This document shows, piece after piece, positions 9,968 to 19,447 of a stretch of 64,000 nucleotides of DNA (the stretch's first letter is position 1; each line of letters begins with the position of its first letter). Where the stretch lies: the sequence record DRR378314_95; one strand, written 5' to 3'. Below the pieces are notes generated by a model, which was not told the DNA's origin, did no database searches, and saw nothing but the letters and a program-made list of their open reading frames with translations. A program made the position numbers and the translations under genes.

Positions 9968-11545
9968 TTATCTGAACAGCGACAGGAGTGTCTGCGGGTT
10001 CGAGTTCGCAATCGACAGCGCCTGGACGCCGAGCTGCTGCTGAACCTGCAGGGCCTGAAGCTTGGCGGAAGCCGCCTCGATGTCTGCGTCAACCATGGCG
10101 CCGATGCCGGATGTCATGGAGTCGATCAGTGTCTGAACAAATTCGCCCTGACCTTCGATCTGCGTCTGCGCAGAACCGAATGATGTCGCAGCGTTGATCG
10201 CCGTATCAAGCAGGTCTTCGATCGTATTCAGAGCCGTCGTGGCATCTTCAGCCGTTGCAACGCTGAGGTCAGCAATCGCGCCAAGACCGCCTGCCGCAAC
10301 AGCTGCGTTCTGAGACCCAAGACCAGCTAGGCTGACGTTTACGTCGCCACCGTCGGCCTCAAGCGAGATCGTCGCAGCATCGGAAGTTGGGTCCCCTGCA
10401 TCAGTCACAGTAACGACAAGATCAGAGATGCTGCCAGCATCAATCAGGGTTTTAAGACCAGCGGCAACGTCATTGTTGGTGTCACCGTCGACGGCAGTGT
10501 AGGTATACTCTGCATCACCCACATTGATCGTGAACGTATCACCAGCGGTGATTGTGCCACCAGCGAGTGTAACATCGATCGTATCACCATCGGAGATGAC
10601 GCCTTGAGTCGTCTCAGATGCCAGACCAGTTTCGTCAAAGGTCACGTTTCCGCCAGCAGCGGCCAGATTAATGGTCGCATCATCAGAGGCAGGATCTGCG
10701 CCTGGGGTGACCGTGACGGTGAGGTTGGCAATGCTACCTGCGTCGATCAGCGTTTTGAGGCCTGCAGCAACATCATTGGCTGTGTCACCTTCCAGCGCGG
10801 TGTAGGTGTAATCGGAGCCACCAACATTGATGGTGAACTCATCACCCGTCGTAACTGTACCGGCGTCGAGCGTAATGTCTGCATCGTTACCATCGGTGAT
10901 ATTGCCAGACTGAGCCGTGGACATGAAACCTGCATCACCGCTAGACAGATTTACAGTGGTGTCTGTAGCTGAGTCTGCAGTCGAAACATAACCTGCATCA
11001 GTTGCTTCCTTCGCAGCCGCATCGACTGCTGCCGTTGTCTGCAGATCTTGGCGAGCAACCGTGATAGAGGTTGCAGAGACAGAGCCATCAGATCCACGGT
11101 CAAGCGATGCGAGGATAGAGATGCTCTCGGTGCCTTGCAGAAGGTTTTGACCGTTGAATTGAGCGGCGTTCACGATGTTGCTGATTGCGGTCCGCTTCGC
11201 ATCAATATCCGTCTGGATCTTTGCGCGATCGTCAGCATTCAGATCTTCCTGAGCGGACACGATCAGGTTCTTCATGTCCTGGAGAAGCTCGGTGACCTGC
11301 TCGGAAGCAGCACGGGCCACGCCTACGGTGGAAGAACCCTTGTTCAGAGAGTCCGTGATCTGGTTGAAGCTCTCAACGTCGGTCGACATGACCGTCGAGA
11401 TAGCCCAGATGGCGGCGTTGTCTTTGGCGGTGGCAACTTTCTTACCGGTCGAAATCTCGGATTGAACGGTTTCAAGGTTGCTGTTGATGTTGCGCAGAGT
11501 CTGCAGCGCAACCATCGCACTATTGTTAGTCAGAATACTGGACAT
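9968..11545 (-). CDS. fliC: Flagellin (525 aa) with a tandemly duplicated outer domain
   Basis: MSSILTNNSAMVALQTLR..ISTGKKVATAKDNAAIWAIS, AQFNGQNLL, C-terminal MVDADIEAASAKLQALQVQQQLGVQALSIANSNPQTLLSLFR. Confidence 0.97.
   Translation of the reverse strand: MSSILTNNSAMVALQTLRNINSNLETVQSEISTGKKVATAKDNAAIWAISTVMSTDVESFNQITDSLNKGSSTVGVARAASEQVTELLQDMKNLIVSAQEDLNADDRAKIQTDIDAKRTAISNIVNAAQFNGQNLLQGTESISILASLDRGSDGSVSATSITVARQDLQTTAAVDAAAKEATDAGYVSTADSATDTTVNLSSGDAGFMSTAQSGNITDGNDADITLDAGTVTTGDEFTINVGGSDYTYTALEGDTANDVAAGLKTLIDAGSIANLTVTVTPGADPASDDATINLAAAGGNVTFDETGLASETTQGVISDGDTIDVTLAGGTITAGDTFTINVGDAEYTYTAVDGDTNNDVAAGLKTLIDAGSISDLVVTVTDAGDPTSDAATISLEADGGDVNVSLAGLGSQNAAVAAGGLGAIADLSVATAEDATTALNTIEDLLDTAINAATSFGSAQTQIEGQGEFVQTLIDSMTSGIGAMVDADIEAASAKLQALQVQQQLGVQALSIANSNPQTLLSLFR
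10313..10900 (-). repeat. Two 95-codon internal repeats in flagellin (10616-10900 and 10313-10597, period 303 nt)
   Basis: Ungapped hand alignment gives 61/95 identical residues, including NDVAAGLKTLIDAGSI in both copies. Confidence 0.95.
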
Positions 11546-11688
11546 TTGAATGTACCCCATTTGCGTCAGGCGAGCGGCTTAGCGCTGCCTAGGTTCGATC
11601 TTACGTCGTCCTGACGTCGGGATTCCCCGCAACCCATCTTGGTTCGCTGTACTTGAGTATACAGGAGCCGTGTACAATCAGTTAATCA

Positions 11689-12078
11689 TCATGCCTTCTT
11701 CAGATAATTTCCTGTCGCCTTGGTAAACGGCGTCTGCAAACCATTGGAGGAGTAGGCTCCAACGTAAGAATCCTGCGCCATATTTCCGATGCGCGCGGCA
11801 AGGCTGCGGAGTCCATTCTGCGCCGCTTTGAAATGCTGAGCGTTCTCAATTGCAGCCGCGCTGATACCTTTCAAGCGGGTCCTGATGCGCTCCCGACCGA
11901 GCGCAGGATGCTCACTTGAAATCAGTGCGTCGACTGCCTGAGTTGCCTCCATCTTTTCAGACATCAGTTCAACTATTTGGTGAACTTGACCAGACATCAA
12001 AGCTACGCGCTCTGTGGCCAGGACCGTCTCCAGACGAGACAAAGCGGCTTCGGCGGCTACTAATTCACTCATCCCCAT
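11689..12078 (-). CDS. FlgN-like flagellar chaperone
   Basis: 129 aa helical, L...LATERVALMSG..L...K, EN...AAQNGLR and AYSSNG pattern, downstream of the rod-binding gene. Confidence 0.65.
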   Translation of the reverse strand: MGMSELVAAEAALSRLETVLATERVALMSGQVHQIVELMSEKMEATQAVDALISSEHPALGRERIRTRLKGISAAAIENAQHFKAAQNGLRSLAARIGNMAQDSYVGAYSSNGLQTPFTKATGNYLKKA

Positions 12079-12373
12079 TCCCCATAGTAGACGAAAGTTG
12101 CGCGACTCCGGTCGCGTTCAACCCCAATGGATGAGACTCAGCCAGATCTTCAGCGATGGATTCGACGATCATGCGAGAAAATGCCGACGCCGCCTCCCCA
12201 CCTGATTGCGTGAAGGCTTTCTCCAAGCCAGTGTGGCTCAGCATTTCTGCCCACAGCAGCTGTTCGAACCGCTTTCCTACATCGATCAGCTCGTCCGCGC
12301 TGGATGTTGGCGCGCCGGATTGACTGGCTGCAACAGGCAAAGGAAAGCCTCCTTGCCCCTGAATAGTCGTCAT
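12065..12373 (-). CDS. flgJ: Single-domain rod-binding protein (FlgJ-like, no muramidase domain)
   Basis: KRFEQLLWAEMLSHTGL..GGEAASAFSRMIVESIAEDLA..LGL. ATG at 12373 follows an AGGGGAG RBS. Confidence 0.75.
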   Translation of the reverse strand: MTTIQGQGGFPLPVAASQSGAPTSSADELIDVGKRFEQLLWAEMLSHTGLEKAFTQSGGEAASAFSRMIVESIAEDLAESHPLGLNATGVAQLSSTMGNGDE

Positions 12374-12457
12374 GAACCGGCTCCCCTTCTGGCTGGAACA
12401 ATCGCACGGAATCCCCCGCAACTTAAATCTTAATTTACCACTGGTGAGGCAATTAGG

Positions 12458-12473
12458 GTTAAAAGATAGCTAA
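12458..12473 (-). promoter_or_regulatory. CtrA-like box in the divergent flgJ/fliK promoter
   Basis: Minus strand TTAG-ctatctt-TTAAC, with further TTAA half sites at 12423, 12430 and 12480. Confidence 0.5.
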
Positions 12474-12486
12474 TCTGGATTAACGA

Positions 12487-13863
12487 ATGACGCCTTTCCT
12501 TAGCTTGGAACGTTTGTCTGCGGCCGAAAAAAGTGGCCATGACGAGACGAGGCCCGCTCCGGTCGAAGGCGGATTTGCGAAGGAATTCCTGGAGGCGCTC
12601 TCAACACTCTCATACGAAGATGTTGATGAAGAAACTTCAGACAATCTCCAGGTTGTGGCTCAACCTTTAGGGCCCCTGAGTGATCAGACATCACACCAGT
12701 TTCTTGATTTAGACGCGACGGAACCAACGACCGGCGCGACTGGCGATGTAGAGATAGATCTGCCAGCTTCTGCGGATTCTCAAGCCGTTGAACTGACTGA
12801 GCTAAGCGCCTTGAACAATGCGCCCGGAGTAGAGAAGACGGCGGCACGTCCAACCGAGCCAGAGCATCCCACCTCCACGATATCCAGCCGTGAAACTGCA
12901 GTCGTGGAAATTGACGCTGAGTCGAATCAGCCCTTGTTGATTTCACCCAACTCCTCGTCCGGCGAAGTAACAACTGCAGACCAAGTTGGTGAGGCAGCTC
13001 AATCCGAAGCATCGGAAGCCGCTGTCACTTCTCGTAGCGGACATATGCTCGAAGTCGATCAAGACAACGCAACGCTCGTTCGTTCCACCAATTCAAGTTC
13101 GGAACAGCAAACCAAACTTGAAATCGCCGGCGTGGAGATAGAGAACGTCGCTAGCACGTCAGAGGCTGGATCAACGGAAAAGCAGGCCATACCGCCAGTG
13201 GAAGATCCCGCTTCTATGGTCCAACCAGAACACGCATTGAAGTCTGAAGCGTCCGGAGCAGCCACACAAATCACGGCGGCGAAGGCTCATCCGGATGCGG
13301 TCATTGAAACCCAGCCAAGACCAAGCGACGCGTCCGCTATGTCGTCCCTAGGGGCGACTGCCGGCGCGACTTCAAGCCCAACTTTGGTGGCTACCCCGCC
13401 AATACAGACCGCCGTTCAGACGCCACCTGCTACGACGAACTACGTCGCGGTTCCTGACGATATCGCGAGCATCATCTCTCAGGAACTCTCATCAGACACA
13501 CAAAATTCTCGAATCCGAATTCAGCTGGATCCGCCCGAACTCGGTAGGGTATCGCTGGAGTTCAAGTTTGACTCTCAAGGTCTGCAGCATGTGGTAATTA
13601 CGGCCGATTCCGCTGAAGCCATTCGCCGGATACGGGCATTCCATCCAGACCTGGTCGCGACATTGGAACAACATGGCTTGTCTGGAAGCGATATGACGTT
13701 CCAAGAGAAAACGCCGCAACAACAGAACGCCCGAAACTGGGAGTCGTCAAATCTGACTACGCCAGAGGAAGGGATGGAACGCTCGGACGCACCTCTTCTA
13801 AACCGCGAACCAGCAACGCGGGCAGACACGTCAGCCACAACTAGCCTGGACATACGGGTTTAA
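12487..13863 (+). CDS. fliK: Hook-length control protein FliK
   Basis: Long low-complexity S/T/A/E/P region, C-terminal IRIQLDPPELGRV domain, ends LDIRV, upstream of flgD. Confidence 0.9.
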   Translation: MTPFLSLERLSAAEKSGHDETRPAPVEGGFAKEFLEALSTLSYEDVDEETSDNLQVVAQPLGPLSDQTSHQFLDLDATEPTTGATGDVEIDLPASADSQAVELTELSALNNAPGVEKTAARPTEPEHPTSTISSRETAVVEIDAESNQPLLISPNSSSGEVTTADQVGEAAQSEASEAAVTSRSGHMLEVDQDNATLVRSTNSSSEQQTKLEIAGVEIENVASTSEAGSTEKQAIPPVEDPASMVQPEHALKSEASGAATQITAAKAHPDAVIETQPRPSDASAMSSLGATAGATSSPTLVATPPIQTAVQTPPATTNYVAVPDDIASIISQELSSDTQNSRIRIQLDPPELGRVSLEFKFDSQGLQHVVITADSAEAIRRIRAFHPDLVATLEQHGLSGSDMTFQEKTPQQQNARNWESSNLTTPEEGMERSDAPLLNREPATRADTSATTSLDIRV

Positions 13864-13875
13864 GAGACAACGATC

Positions 13876-14547
13876 ATGAGCACCGTCACCAACACGACTT
13901 CTACCCAATCTGCCCAGCAGACAACGAACAGCTCAGCCGCCACTCAGCAATTTGGCGAAGAGTTCACAAACTTCATCAAACTGCTCACGGCACAGGTGCA
14001 GAATCAGGACCCGCTGTCTCCCATGGATTCGACCCAGTTCGTCGATCAGTTGGCCACCTTCTCGTCTCTGGAACAGCAAGTTCAAACGAACTCCAGCCTG
14101 GGCAGCATCTCATCATTGATCGGCGACTTACACACGATGTTTGCAAGTGAATGGCTGGGAGAAACAGTCACGATCGAGTCATCTTGGGTGCCTTACTCAG
14201 GCACTGAAATTAGGTATCTGACAAATGCGCCTGAAAGTGCCGACAGTGCATATCTGACTGTCCGAAATTCCGATGGTGAACTGATATGGTCCGAACAACT
14301 CGACACTGAAGACAGCGTGCATACTTGGAATGGACAAACAAATACTGGCGAATCGATCACTGAAGATGAGCTGTTCGAGTTCTCCATAGATTACTACAGC
14401 GGCAGCGAGTACATCAGCCTTGGTGCGCCTCAGCTGATCACGACAATCACTGAAGTTGGAAGCGAGAATGGGACGCTCCGGTTCGGAACGTCTTCCCACC
14501 TATCGGCCGATCTATACAGTGTGACGAAGTACCGGGACGAAGGCTAA
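13876..14547 (+). CDS. flgD: Hook cap protein FlgD
   Basis: FIKLLTAQVQNQDPLSPMDSTQFVDQLATFSSLEQ. Confidence 0.96.
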   Translation: MSTVTNTTSTQSAQQTTNSSAATQQFGEEFTNFIKLLTAQVQNQDPLSPMDSTQFVDQLATFSSLEQQVQTNSSLGSISSLIGDLHTMFASEWLGETVTIESSWVPYSGTEIRYLTNAPESADSAYLTVRNSDGELIWSEQLDTEDSVHTWNGQTNTGESITEDELFEFSIDYYSGSEYISLGAPQLITTITEVGSENGTLRFGTSSHLSADLYSVTKYRDEG

Positions 14548-14562
14548 CGACCTCTCGAACCT

Positions 14563-15078
14563 TTAAAGATCCTGCCGAGCCATATCCAGTATCAGTACGT
14601 TTCGTATTCCCTCCGGAACCTCATTCTGTAGGTTCGTGAGAATCATGGCTCGAAGCGTTTCATAATTGTCAACGTCAGTAATCGAATTGAGCGTGCGACC
14701 ACCACTGCTCAACTTGACCAGTGTCGTCATGATGTTGTCCCGCAAGACCGGCTCTTTCGAGAACAGTTCCTGAGAGATCGACGTATCGACTTCGAGATTG
14801 AGGTTCAGGATTACGAGACTCTGCACACGATCATTTTCGATCATTGGCACGACAAACTCACGCGAAAACTTGTAATAAGTGACTTCCGAACCGTCGGATT
14901 TCCCGTGCTTGTCTGCTTTGCCGTGAGCCTTCTTTTCCTTCTTCGGCTCCGCATGCTTATCGTCTTTATGGGCAGCCGCAGCCGGCTTTGCATCTGGACC
15001 TGATGTCAGGAAATGCGCCGTTCCCCCACCCGCAACAATGGCCAGCAACGCAACGATGGACGGAACTATCTGTTTCAT
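14563..15078 (-). CDS. FliL-family protein (second paralogue)
   Basis: N-terminal TM, H/K-rich linker, YYKFSREFVVP..LNLE..EPVLRD..VRNVLI-type FliL fold pattern. Confidence 0.75.
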   Translation of the reverse strand: MKQIVPSIVALLAIVAGGGTAHFLTSGPDAKPAAAAHKDDKHAEPKKEKKAHGKADKHGKSDGSEVTYYKFSREFVVPMIENDRVQSLVILNLNLEVDTSISQELFSKEPVLRDNIMTTLVKLSSGGRTLNSITDVDNYETLRAMILTNLQNEVPEGIRNVLILDMARQDL

Positions 15079-15087
15079 GGCGTCTTC

Positions 15088-15792
15088 CTAGAACGGGATA
15101 ACCCGGTCGAGCACTTTCTGCCCTACCCTTTGTTGCGGAACGGATGTTGCGTCACCTGTATTCAGATAAGAAATCTGGGCTTCCGCGATTTTCTCGTAGG
15201 ACACCGTATTTGTCCGTGTAATGTCCTGTGCGCGAATTACACCGCTGACGGTCAGCATTCTCAACTCATTGCTGACCCGGGTTTGCTGGTAGCCCTGAAT
15301 GACCAGGTTTCCATTCGGTTCCATTGCAACGACACGTGCCGCCAATGTGAAAGCAATACTCTCGGCCCGGTTCATCGCCCCGCTGCCATCAAGAGATGAA
15401 CCACGGCTATAGTCTACACCAGGAGACAGGGAAGCCCCGCCGGGCAGCACACCATTTGCCCACTCTGGCAGGCCGAACAGGGCATCGACATTCATATCCG
15501 CACTGCTGTTCCGATTTCTCGATAGCGAACTTTGGAGACTTGCCCGGTCATCCATTTCTACAACAACCGTCAGAAGATCGCCGACAGCCTTTGCCCGACG
15601 CATGCTCAGCAAGGCATTTGGAGACGTCGTCCAGAGGGACGCATCATCCGTACCTACCGGTTCAGCGACGGGCTGATGCACCATCGGCACAACCGTGGGT
15701 GTCGTCATGTCAAACTCCGCGTCTGCGGAAGGGATCGAAGCACAGGCGGTAACGCTGAGGGCCGCCGCAGTCAGAGTGAATGTCATCTTCAT
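15088..15792 (-). CDS. flgH: L-ring lipoprotein FlgH
   Basis: Lipobox VTAC, ASLW, RAKAVGDLLTV, PNGNLVIQG, VSGVIRAQDI..N...KIAEAQISY, ends IPF. Confidence 0.96.
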   Translation of the reverse strand: MKMTFTLTAAALSVTACASIPSADAEFDMTTPTVVPMVHQPVAEPVGTDDASLWTTSPNALLSMRRAKAVGDLLTVVVEMDDRASLQSSLSRNRNSSADMNVDALFGLPEWANGVLPGGASLSPGVDYSRGSSLDGSGAMNRAESIAFTLAARVVAMEPNGNLVIQGYQQTRVSNELRMLTVSGVIRAQDITRTNTVSYEKIAEAQISYLNTGDATSVPQQRVGQKVLDRVIPF

Positions 15793-16196
15793 TGAACAAG
15801 TACCCATCCGTCTGATTGCACTATTCCGCTTACGATCTTCTTCGAGTTGAGGTTCAGAATGGAAACGCTGTCTCCTTCTGTCGCCTCGCTCATGGCTCGT
15901 CCCGTGGTAGTGATCTCCAGCGCACCGCTGACGAACTTTACCGTCACGACCTGATTACGCCGCACCAATCGCGCGGGCTGGGTATCGTCCAGGCTGAGCT
16001 CTTGTCCGACATAGACAGTACGCCGAACTTCGCGGCCAATAAGTGGATTATCCGATGACACCATACTGCCGGTTTCAGTAGAGATGTTCGCAGCAGTGAC
16101 GGTGTCCCCTGCCCGTATCACTTCAGTCGCGACAGAAGCTGACGCCCCAATCATGTGCGCAGCAAGCCCGAGGCCCAATGCTATTGCTGGTATCAT
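15789..16196 (-). CDS. flgA: P-ring chaperone FlgA
   Basis: SAF-like IGREVRRTV, LVRRNQVV, GRAM..GDSVSILNLNSKKIVSG, lies between flgG and flgH. Confidence 0.9.
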   Translation of the reverse strand: MIPAIALGLGLAAHMIGASASVATEVIRAGDTVTAANISTETGSMVSSDNPLIGREVRRTVYVGQELSLDDTQPARLVRRNQVVTVKFVSGALEITTTGRAMSEATEGDSVSILNLNSKKIVSGIVQSDGWVLVQ

Positions 16197-16200
16197 TCTG

Positions 16201-16986
16201 TTACCTCAACCTTGTTGTCGCCGCGAGCATGTCGTCGGCGGCTGTGATCACTTTGGAGTTCAGCTCATATCCGCGCTGAGCCTCGATGAGCTCAGAAATT
16301 TCCTGAACCACATCTACACCAGATTCCTCCAGGTAGCCTTGTCGAATCAGGCCCATACCCTCCGTACCCGCGACCAATTGGTTTGGTGGACCCGATGCCT
16401 CTGTCTGTCGAAACATGTTGTCACCCATCGCCTCAAGACCTTTTTCGTTGATGAAACGAACCAACGAAATATTGCCTATAGGCTGACCATCAGACTCACC
16501 ATCAAAGTATGCGACCACTTCCCCATCGCGACTGATGGATATGCTGCGCGCCTCTTCCGGAATGACAATTCCATCTGCGAGCGGGAATCCATCCATCGTT
16601 ACGATCTCCCCGTCCGGACTGCGGTTCAGCTTACCATCGCGTGTATAGGCGGACTCGCCAGACGGCAGCGTAACCTCAAAGAATCCTGTACCGTCGATCG
16701 CAAGGTCCAGCTCTGAGCTGGTTTCCCGAAGGCCGCCTTGAGTAATCTCCATTGACACTGAGGATGGCTTCACGCCTGTGCCGAGCTGAATACCTGCGGG
16801 CACGACCGTTCCCACTTGGGATGTGATTGTCCCCGGGGTCAAATGCTGTTGATACATGAGATCCGAAAATTCAGCCGTACGCGGTCGATAAGCAGCCGTG
16901 CTCATATTGGCAATGTTGTTGGAGATCACCTCCACTCGCAATTGCTGAGCGGCCATCCCTGTCGCGGCGATTTGCAATGATTTCAT
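16201..16986 (-). CDS. flgG: Distal rod protein FlgG
   Basis: AATGMAAQQ..ISNNIANMST, GIQLGTGV, YTRDG, LIEAQRGYELNSKVI. Confidence 0.97.
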   Translation of the reverse strand: MKSLQIAATGMAAQQLRVEVISNNIANMSTAAYRPRTAEFSDLMYQQHLTPGTITSQVGTVVPAGIQLGTGVKPSSVSMEITQGGLRETSSELDLAIDGTGFFEVTLPSGESAYTRDGKLNRSPDGEIVTMDGFPLADGIVIPEEARSISISRDGEVVAYFDGESDGQPIGNISLVRFINEKGLEAMGDNMFRQTEASGPPNQLVAGTEGMGLIRQGYLEESGVDVVQEISELIEAQRGYELNSKVITAADDMLAATTRLR

Positions 16987-17012
16987 CTCATTCCCCTCAA
17001 TTTGCGAAAGCT

Positions 17013-17726
17013 CTAGAGCTGCCGCATTGTCTTGATCAGTTGATTGATCCGCTCGTCTTCTTTTTCGATCAGGCTTTGCCCCGCCTCGTAAGCGCGCTGG
17101 ACTTCAATCAGTCTCGAAATCTCGAGAATCGAAGACACATTGGATTGTTCCAATGCACCTTGAATTACATTTGGCTCTTCGACCTGCTCATAGCCCTCAG
17201 CGGCCACAAACATGGTACCGCCCTCTTGAGCGATCTGTCCGTTCGCAGTTACCACACCGATCTGACCCAAAATTTCCTGGCCTGACGAAATAGTTCCGTC
17301 TGGCGCAACGGAGATGCGTGTAACCCCTTCGGGAATAGCAATGGCTCCGCCGCCAGCGCCCATGACCTGATTACCAAAAGCATCGACGAGATTTCCGTCC
17401 GCGGAAAGTTGGAACGCCCCTGCACGCGTAAGCCGCTCACCTGCTGGAGTTTCCAGGACAAAGAACCCCTCGCCATGAATCGCTAGATCGAACTGTCCGC
17501 CGGTATGCTTCATCGCTCCTTGTGACAGATCGTGCGAATGGCCCGACAAGCTACCCATGGAGACGCTGTCGCCTTCTCCATTTACCGCAGCAATATGCTC
17601 GGCAAAGATGGCGTGATTTGATTTGTAACCAGTTGTGCTGGAGTTTGCGACATTGTTCGCGATAACCTGCATTTCTCGAAGCAGACCGTCTTGGCGCGTC
17701 AAGGTGGTATAAATTGCATTGGACAC
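17013..17726 (-). CDS. flgF: Proximal rod protein FlgF
   Basis: IANNVANSSTTGYK, DLAIHGEGFF, LTRAGAF, QGALEQSNV, upstream of flgG. Confidence 0.93.
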   Translation of the reverse strand: MSNAIYTTLTRQDGLLREMQVIANNVANSSTTGYKSNHAIFAEHIAAVNGEGDSVSMGSLSGHSHDLSQGAMKHTGGQFDLAIHGEGFFVLETPAGERLTRAGAFQLSADGNLVDAFGNQVMGAGGGAIAIPEGVTRISVAPDGTISSGQEILGQIGVVTANGQIAQEGGTMFVAAEGYEQVEEPNVIQGALEQSNVSSILEISRLIEVQRAYEAGQSLIEKEDERINQLIKTMRQL

Positions 17727-19447
17727 TAGAGAGCACCTCCAATTGTCGAATCAAGGAGCTGACTGATCAGCTGAAGATTCTCCGGAATTTCGTTCAGATG
17801 GATCTTTCGTGAACCCGTGGCTGAACCTCGCGCCCGCAGAGCAAGCACAGCTTGAGCGCGCGCTATGTATTGTTCGTCCGTGATCTGTTCAGCAGCGACA
17901 TAGAAGTTCTCTGGCAGAACCCAGTCGCCATACACCGCATCGCATTCGATGAGATCCACAAGAGTCGCTGCGTCGAGAGAAACTTTGGAAACCAGAGTCT
18001 GAAGCCACATCGTATCCCGCGCCATGATTGCGCTCATCGCGGCTAGTCGGGTCACGTCAGTATTATTCGGGTCTGTTCCGGAAAGATTCCGAAGTGCTGT
18101 CACGTCAAACATCCGGAATGCCATTTCCGCGCGTTTCGAGGCCAGATCATCATCCTGTTTGATATCGTTGGCGAACTCATTCACCACATTCACCAGACCG
18201 AGATCCGCAGCGACGACAGTGGCGGACTTCAGCACTTCTGCTGCCTCTTCGCTCTCTCCCAACAGATCACGATTCAGGAACGTCGCACTCATTGCGGCAA
18301 CCTTGAAAAAATGGTCGTCCTTTGAAAAGTCCGCCTCCAGCCTTCTCACCAATTGCGCGCTGAGAAGTTGTCTCGTCTCCGGTTCCTGAAGCGTCGGCAG
18401 GGACGCCAGTCGTGAGATCGTTTCGTAATCCGTGATTTCAGCAGGACGATCCAGCATAGCCCGCAAATTCGTACGGATGTTCTGGCCATCCGGCATGCGC
18501 TGCACATTCTCGACAATGTTGCCGACAACTTCATTCTGGACTTCGGTTTCGATGGGAAATCCATGCTTCAACAAAGCAGCCGCCGCAATCGACCTCAGAT
18601 CAGAGTTTCGCAGGAATGGTCGTAAGCCCTCATCCGCAACCAGTCCGCCCTTGTACATGTCAAGAATGGCCTGGTTCAGCGACAAGCGCGGCGAGCGCGC
18701 AATCTGTTCCGCAGTGAAATCCGCCATCATTTTCTCGGCCAGCAAGGGCTCCCCCATCTGGTCCAGAGCGGGCACAGCCATCGCAGCGAAGCGTATCTTA
18801 AGATACCAAGGTAGTTTTCTGTAGAGAGTCAGACTGGCATTCAGCTGTGAGACCCCGTCCGGATCGAGCATCGTGACCTTCGCCAAAGATTGCCAGATTG
18901 CCGCCGAAGGGTTGCACTCCGCGGCCTGATTGAGTGCGTCGATCCGAGTGACCCGCCCCTCTTCCAGAAAATAAGAGAAGTCTCGGAGCAGTTCAGCATT
19001 CTGTCCTTCAAGATCAGCGAGTTGAAGCCGGGCTTCAGCAAACAACCCAATCGTGATGTAGGCCATCGCCATCTCGATTGGGCGTATAGACTCCTGATCC
19101 GAAAGCTTCTGCGCTCGCCAATGCAAGAAGTCCTCATAGCTGCTCAGGCTTATGTACGGCGCGAAATCCAGATCAGTTTCAGCAGTACATCCTGTCGACA
19201 TGGGAACGGGGCGGCTGGGCTCTGCGCTATCCAGGCGCCCCCGGAACACCGGCGTCGCCTGCGGCTTGGAGCCTGCCGGCGCGAGCAATCCTTCATCAAT
19301 CGCGTCGTCAACGAACTGGCGAAAATGCTCTGACAGTTGATCTGCTTCCGCCACAGGCACGTCAGTCTCACCTGAAATCTCCCCAAGTGCGGGCATGCTC
19401 ATCACGACGGATAAGCCGACAACAAGAGGGAGACGAAAACGGGTCAC
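17726..19447 (-). CDS. Exported alpha-helical flagellar accessory protein, possibly MotK-like
   Basis: 573 aa, signal peptide ending PALG, overlaps the motA stop, helical-repeat character, Cys pair (TGCT/AECN). Confidence 0.55.
   Translation of the reverse strand: MTRFRLPLVVGLSVVMSMPALGEISGETDVPVAEADQLSEHFRQFVDDAIDEGLLAPAGSKPQATPVFRGRLDSAEPSRPVPMSTGCTAETDLDFAPYISLSSYEDFLHWRAQKLSDQESIRPIEMAMAYITIGLFAEARLQLADLEGQNAELLRDFSYFLEEGRVTRIDALNQAAECNPSAAIWQSLAKVTMLDPDGVSQLNASLTLYRKLPWYLKIRFAAMAVPALDQMGEPLLAEKMMADFTAEQIARSPRLSLNQAILDMYKGGLVADEGLRPFLRNSDLRSIAAAALLKHGFPIETEVQNEVVGNIVENVQRMPDGQNIRTNLRAMLDRPAEITDYETISRLASLPTLQEPETRQLLSAQLVRRLEADFSKDDHFFKVAAMSATFLNRDLLGESEEAAEVLKSATVVAADLGLVNVVNEFANDIKQDDDLASKRAEMAFRMFDVTALRNLSGTDPNNTDVTRLAAMSAIMARDTMWLQTLVSKVSLDAATLVDLIECDAVYGDWVLPENFYVAAEQITDEQYIARAQAVLALRARGSATGSRKIHLNEIPENLQLISQLLDSTIGGAL

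Noticed and set aside
11560-11640. c-di-GMP riboswitch in the flagellin leader
   Set aside because: No GCAAAC/GAAA-tetraloop/receptor arrangement of class I is recognisable; reported as a protein-responsive structure instead
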